From positions 176,445 through 240,444 of the forward strand of contig JAWACY010000002.1 in the NCBI GenBank assembly GCA_038896535.1: DNA of 64,000 nucleotides, read 5' to 3'. The translations under genes and the position numbers were made by a program. Position 1 is the stretch's first letter, and each line of letters starts with the position of its first letter. This DNA comes from Candidatus Anstonellales archaeon. Lineage in GTDB: Archaea; Micrarchaeota; Micrarchaeia; Anstonellales; J096. The notes under the pieces were generated by a model. That model had not been told where the DNA came from. It saw only the letters and a program-made list of their open reading frames with translations, and made no database searches. Below are positions 59,607 through 64,000 of this stretch, in pieces.

Positions 59607-61193
59607 TCATATTATACCAATAGATATATCATCATTATAATCTGCACGTTTCATTGCATATTTTATTAATTCATCTTTTGTAATGTTCCCTTTTATTATC
59701 TCATTCAAGAAAATACCAAATAACCTTGTTTCTTCTGCTTCCCCTTCTGTTTTCAAGCCATGTTTTAAATGTTCATTTTCTTCCAACCAACCAAAGAATG
59801 CATCAGTCAATCCATCAGTATAGGCAATTATTTTTGGTTCACCACTTTCTTTTGGAGCTTTAAATAAGTAATATATTGGCGTGCTGCCAGTAATGATGCT
59901 CATATAATCTACTTCACTGAGATGTTTTAATTCTGCTTTATCAAGAGGCGGATGTGCAACTACATTTCCAAGAGGATGATCATGCTTTATAACGTCCAGT
60001 GGTTTCGGGCTTTTAACAAGTTCTGGATCATAAAATAAGGGTGATACAAAAACCTTGTCTTGCTTAGGATCATACCTAGCACAACCACCATCTCCATACC
60101 AAAGGTATAAAACATTCCAATTTCCCTCTTTATCTTTAAACTTTATTACTGCAGAAAAAACAGCAGCATGAATAACCTCATTCTTATAACCAAGTCTTTC
60201 AGCAGTTTTTCTTATTTCATTTAAAATGCTATTAGCTATATGATCAGCTTCTTTTCCTTTCAAATTACTTAATGAGCTTATATCTATATTTATATTAAGA
60301 TTTTCAAATATTTTTTTCCATGCTTCTGCCGCTTTTGTGCCTTTATTTCCTGCTCCAGAAACACCATCAATAGCAGCAACAAGCTTCCAATCTTTTTTAT
60401 CTATAATAGCAATTCTATCTTGGAGCTCATGTAAATTGCTTTTTATTTCTAACCTTAACCCATTGCCAACCTTTTCAAAAATACCGCTTTCTTTATTTTT
60501 CTCAGTCTTTTCTTCTTTAATTAATATATTACTAGTTTCTGCACTTCTAAATATTTCTGGTTTTTTTATAAGAGTTATTAATATATCTCTTATGCCTGCA
60601 AATGATGTTATTGCCCTATAAGCTTCTTCATTTCCTTCTTTTGGCGGATATCTTAATAATGCGTATATCCCATTTAACAAATCATCAGCCTTGACTTGCT
60701 CTATACCGCCTTCATTATTAACTCTAAATATCTCTTTATTTTTTAATATTTCCTCAAATGCATTATATGGGTCTTCTCCTTGGTTTAAATGTTCTTTTAA
60801 AGCATATATTAATTCTTTTGCTATCTCAACATTTGATTTTGCTTTTTCTGCTGGCATTCCTCTTTTTATTTCATAAAGCTCTTGAAGCTTCAAAAAAATT
60901 AATTCCCCATACTCATATTGCAAAAATTCAGCAGATGCACTTTCATTCCTCATGACCCTATTAAAAAGTTCTTTTAGCTCCTCCCCTTTTAATGATTCTG
61001 CAAGTTCTGCAAATGTTTTTGCTTTTTTTATCTTATCTGGATCAATATTTCCCTCTTTAACATCCCCTGTCTTTTTTCTTTCTCTTCTTTTAACAATAGT
61101 GTATCTTAAATCTCCCACTTCCTCTTTTAACTTTCTTACCCAGTCATTTATTTCTGACATAATATTACTTATATCATCTTGATTTATAAGCAT
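59607..61193 (-). CDS. PP2C/PPM-type phosphatase-domain protein with long N-terminal region
   Basis: QD, AIDGVSGAG, WYGDG, YTDGLTD, DDIS motifs. Confidence 0.72.
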   Translation of the reverse strand: MLINQDDISNIMSEINDWVRKLKEEVGDLRYTIVKRRERKKTGDVKEGNIDPDKIKKAKTFAELAESLKGEELKELFNRVMRNESASAEFLQYEYGELIFLKLQELYEIKRGMPAEKAKSNVEIAKELIYALKEHLNQGEDPYNAFEEILKNKEIFRVNNEGGIEQVKADDLLNGIYALLRYPPKEGNEEAYRAITSFAGIRDILITLIKKPEIFRSAETSNILIKEEKTEKNKESGIFEKVGNGLRLEIKSNLHELQDRIAIIDKKDWKLVAAIDGVSGAGNKGTKAAEAWKKIFENLNINIDISSLSNLKGKEADHIANSILNEIRKTAERLGYKNEVIHAAVFSAVIKFKDKEGNWNVLYLWYGDGGCARYDPKQDKVFVSPLFYDPELVKSPKPLDVIKHDHPLGNVVAHPPLDKAELKHLSEVDYMSIITGSTPIYYLFKAPKESGEPKIIAYTDGLTDAFFGWLEENEHLKHGLKTEGEAEETRLFGIFLNEIIKGNITKDELIKYAMKRADYNDDISIGII

Positions 61194-61263
61194 TACTATG
61201 CAAAGCAAAAAACAGAAAGATTTAATAAATGATGCTGGCATATGCTTTTACTTAGGTGAAATT

Positions 61264-61509
61264 ATGAGAGAAAGAAAAGGTGGAAGGCCCTCTTTTAGAA
61301 GGGACTTTGGGGCTAGTAATAAGCCCGTTAAAGAAGGAGATGTAGTAAAGGTAAAGGTTGAGAGTAAAGGCCAACAAGGCGACGGCGTTGCCAAAATACA
61401 AGGATATGTTATCTTTGTAAAAGGTGACGTCAAAGAAGGAGAAGAATATGAGGTTAAGATAACAAGCGTAGGGAGAAAGTTTGCAACAGCAGTTTTGGCG
61501 AGCTCTTAA
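61264..61509 (+). CDS. Single TRAM-domain RNA-binding protein
   Basis: KPVKEG, G.QGDGVAKIQGYVIFV, VKIT.V.RKFA; GGTGA SD. Confidence 0.92.
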   Translation: MRERKGGRPSFRRDFGASNKPVKEGDVVKVKVESKGQQGDGVAKIQGYVIFVKGDVKEGEEYEVKITSVGRKFATAVLASS

Positions 61510-61581
61510 ATTTTTGGTTTTGTTTATATTTTTTAAAATGTTTATTTCATTTTTTATTATAACATTTTTTATGGTGAGAGC

Positions 61582-61758
61582 ATGGGAAAAGCAAAATATG
61601 AGATATCTGGTTATATAAGAAAATTAAACAGGCCATTTAAGAAGGTTGTTGAAGCAGAAAGCGAAAAACATGCCAAAGAGCTTGTTCTATGCATTTTTGG
61701 TAGCAATAATGGATTAAAAAGGACTTTGATTGATATAAAGGAAGTAAAGAAATTATGA
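61582..61758 (+). CDS. rpl18a: 50S ribosomal protein L18a/LX (eL20); not in supplied ORF track (58 aa)
   Basis: Manual translation MGKAKYEISG...FKKVVEAESEKHAKELVLCIFGSNNGLKRTLIDIKEVKKL; GGTGA SD; directly before prefoldin alpha. Confidence 0.85.
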   Translation: MGKAKYEISGYIRKLNRPFKKVVEAESEKHAKELVLCIFGSNNGLKRTLIDIKEVKKL

Positions 61759-61767
61759 AGTGATAGC

Positions 61768-62154
61768 ATGGACAAAAAGAAAGAAGCAGAACTTGCTTAT
61801 AGGGCCTCTCTGCTTGATAGGAGTCTAAAACATTTAAGAAATGAACTCGAGAAAGTTGTTTTACTTTTAACTGAGCTTGAAAGAGCAAAGGCAACATTAA
61901 ATGTGAAGAAAAATAGTGACATCATTTTTCCTGTTGGCGGTGGTTTATTGGGCTATGCAATTTTGAAAGAAGACATTTACTTAGTACCAATTGGCTTTGG
62001 CTATTATTTGAAGATGGATAGAGAAAAGGCTTTAAAAAGGCTTGAAGAAAATATCGAGAGAACAAAAGAGTATTATGAGAAAATAAACGAGGAAGTCAAA
62101 AAAGCAGAAAAGGAATTAATAGACATAATGAGAGAAGCAAGGATGGAAGAATAA
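61768..62154 (+). CDS. pfdA: Prefoldin alpha subunit
   Basis: Coiled coil-hairpin (FPVGGG, LVPIGFGYY)-coiled coil. Confidence 0.88.
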   Translation: MDKKKEAELAYRASLLDRSLKHLRNELEKVVLLLTELERAKATLNVKKNSDIIFPVGGGLLGYAILKEDIYLVPIGFGYYLKMDREKALKRLEENIERTKEYYEKINEEVKKAEKELIDIMREARMEE

Positions 62155-62198
62155 ATGAAATATTAACAAAATATTAAACGTGTGATATGTGATTAATT

Positions 62199-63107
62199 AT
62201 GAGGATACTTATACAATTTCCAGAAGGATTAAAAAAATATGCTATCGAATTTGCTGAAAAATTAGAGCAAGAGGGAAATGAAGTTTACATAAGTGCATCT
62301 CCTTGTTATGGAGCTTGCGACCTAGCAATAGATGAGGCAAGGGCATTGAAAGTTGATAAAATAATACATGTTGGACATAACAAATTCATTAAAAAAGATA
62401 TAGACATAGAAGTTGAATACATTCCATTCAGCATCGATTTTCCCCTTGACATAGTTGAAAGAGAAACAAAAAAGCTTGTAAATATTGGTATAAAAAGCAT
62501 AGCACTTTTGACAACTGTTCAGCATATTCACCAAATAGAGAGAATGAAAGATATAATAGAGAAGAATGGGATTAAAGTCTATCTAAAGAAAGGTTATTGG
62601 GCAACAATGCCTGGCCAAGTACTTGGCTGTGATGCTATTGCAGCGAATATAAATGAGGCTGATGCAGTACTTTTTATTGGCGATGGCCTATTCCATCCAT
62701 TAGCTGTTAACAATGGAAAAAGAGTTTTTGCTTTGAATATTGGCGGATTGAATGAAATAACTCATATTATAAAAAACTTAGAAAAAAGAAGAAAGGCAAA
62801 TATTATTGCTGCATATAATGCAAAAAGCTTCGGTATTCTTGTTTCAACAAAAATAGGGCAATACAATATTGGACAAGCAAAATGGGCGCAAGAACAAATA
62901 AAGAAATTCAATAAAAAAGCAGCAATACTTGTTGCAAATGAGTTAAATCCTTCAAGCTTATATAATTTTATGTCTTTTGACTGCTATGTTAATACAGCCT
63001 GCCCTAGAATAGTTGATGATACTGAAGCTTATGGAAAACCAATAATAAATATGGAAATGCTTAAAATCGTAATTGATTTGTGGAATCAAAAAGCAGCTAA
63101 TTTATAG
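62199..63107 (+). CDS. dph2: Diphthamide biosynthesis enzyme Dph2
   Basis: QFPEGLK, CYGACDL, GQVLGC, ACPRI..DD. Confidence 0.95.
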   Translation: MRILIQFPEGLKKYAIEFAEKLEQEGNEVYISASPCYGACDLAIDEARALKVDKIIHVGHNKFIKKDIDIEVEYIPFSIDFPLDIVERETKKLVNIGIKSIALLTTVQHIHQIERMKDIIEKNGIKVYLKKGYWATMPGQVLGCDAIAANINEADAVLFIGDGLFHPLAVNNGKRVFALNIGGLNEITHIIKNLEKRRKANIIAAYNAKSFGILVSTKIGQYNIGQAKWAQEQIKKFNKKAAILVANELNPSSLYNFMSFDCYVNTACPRIVDDTEAYGKPIINMEMLKIVIDLWNQKAANL

Positions 63108-63117
63108 AGGAGCATGA

Positions 63118-63621
63118 ATGAAAAAATTATTAAAAAATATAGTGGCCATTTTAATTTTATTTTCTTTATTCATGTTACTTTTAATTTCTACATCAAAAAA
63201 TGTTTATGAATTTTCAATAGTTGACGGAGATACTGTAAAAAATAGCCATTCATATTTTAGGGCAATTTATATAGATACACCAGAATTAAAAGAACAAAAG
63301 GAATGGGTTAAGAATATAATAAATAATGAAAGCTGCTTATCGTATTATGGGAAAAAAGCAAAAGAATTTATTACGAGCAAAGCACAAGATTTTTATGTAT
63401 TTTATTCTGAATTTTTTAAAGATAGGTATGGCAGATTTCTTGCTGAATTCAATTATTATAATGGAACAAGCTTAGAGCTTGACATGGTTAGAAATGGGCT
63501 TGCTTTATGTTATTACAGAAACGCAGTTTTTTATTTACCAAAAACGTATGAATGTTTAAAAATTGAGCAGGTAGCAAAAAATAGAAACATTGGGCTTTGG
63601 TCTTGCATTAAGCAGGGGTAG
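63118..63621 (+). CDS. Thermonuclease (SNase-like) with N-terminal membrane anchor
   Basis: VDGDT, IDTPE, DRYGR.LA, MVRNGLA, GLWS. Confidence 0.9.
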   Translation: MKKLLKNIVAILILFSLFMLLLISTSKNVYEFSIVDGDTVKNSHSYFRAIYIDTPELKEQKEWVKNIINNESCLSYYGKKAKEFITSKAQDFYVFYSEFFKDRYGRFLAEFNYYNGTSLELDMVRNGLALCYYRNAVFYLPKTYECLKIEQVAKNRNIGLWSCIKQG

Positions 63622-63697
63622 CCAAGTCTGGTCAAAGGCGCTAGCTTCAGGGGCTAGTCCCTTAGTGGGTTCGTGGGTTCAAATCCCACCCCCTGCA
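63612..63697 (+). tRNA. tRNA-Leu(CAG)
   Basis: GCAGGGG/CCCCTGC acceptor stem, CTAGC-TT-CAG-GG-GCTAG, long variable arm, TTCAAAT. Confidence 0.95.
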
Positions 63698-63699
63698 TA

Positions 63700-64000
63700 G
63701 TAAGAAGGCAATGCCCTTATATATGCGCCTTCTTACAATCTTCCAACCACTTTTATTACCTGTGGTAAGAAGGCACTAACCCTATTATGCGCGCCTTCTT
63801 ACAATCATCCAACCACTTTTATTACCTGTGGTAAGAAGGCACTAACCCTATTATGCGCGCCTTCTTACAATCATCCAACCACTTTTATTACCTGTGGTAA
63901 GAAGGCACTAACCCTATTATGCGCGCCTTCTTACAATCATCCAACCACTTTTATTACCTGTGGTAAGAAGGCACTAACCCTATTATGCGCGCCTTCTTAC
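63700..64000 (+). repeat. Palindromic tandem array 3: at least 5 units (65-66 bp period), starting 2 nt after tRNA-Leu, running to the window end
   Basis: GTAAGAAGGC arms at 63700, 63765, 63831, 63897, 63963; units 2-5 identical. Confidence 0.97.

Noticed and set aside
63700..64000. TIGR-type guide array linked to the Nop-domain gene
   Set aside because: No box C/D-like motifs, no diverse short spacers (units 2-5 identical), and the Nop gene looks like canonical Nop5 5 kb away

Overview
AT-rich, gene-dense archaeal chromosome segment. It is most consistent with a DPANN lineage such as Micrarchaeota (inference from compact genes, GGTG Shine-Dalgarno motifs, short TATA-led intergenic regions and an intron-containing tRNA-Ile(UAU)). 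Housekeeping content: the uS17-to-SecY ribosomal cluster, PCNA-eS19-PDCD5-eL39-eL31-aIF6, eL20-prefoldin-Dph2, SufBDC, SecDF, a 2-oxoacid:ferredoxin oxidoreductase, PEP synthase, Taw1, NreA and four tRNAs (Trp and Ile carry introns). The most striking unexplained structure is a family of ~66-bp palindromic tandem repeats (GTAAGAAGGC-N17/18-GCCTTCTTAC plus a ~28-nt linker), with 17 units in three arrays. Two arrays start exactly 2 nt after the 3' end of a tRNA gene (Ile, Leu). The third starts just downstream of a TATA box shared divergently with PCNA. They are not CRISPR arrays, because the linkers are homologous to each other and reused. They look like either archaeal REP/BIME-like mosaic elements or tRNA-processed multi-hairpin RNAs. 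Other notable genes: a RelA/SpoT-type synthetase with an overlapping partner gene, a lysozyme/lytic-transglycosylase-like protein, a clan-CD protease-like protein, an AAA+ ATPase with a large insertion, a degenerate PurD and an N-terminally short Nop5. All protein calls come from motif recognition by eye; no database searches were run.
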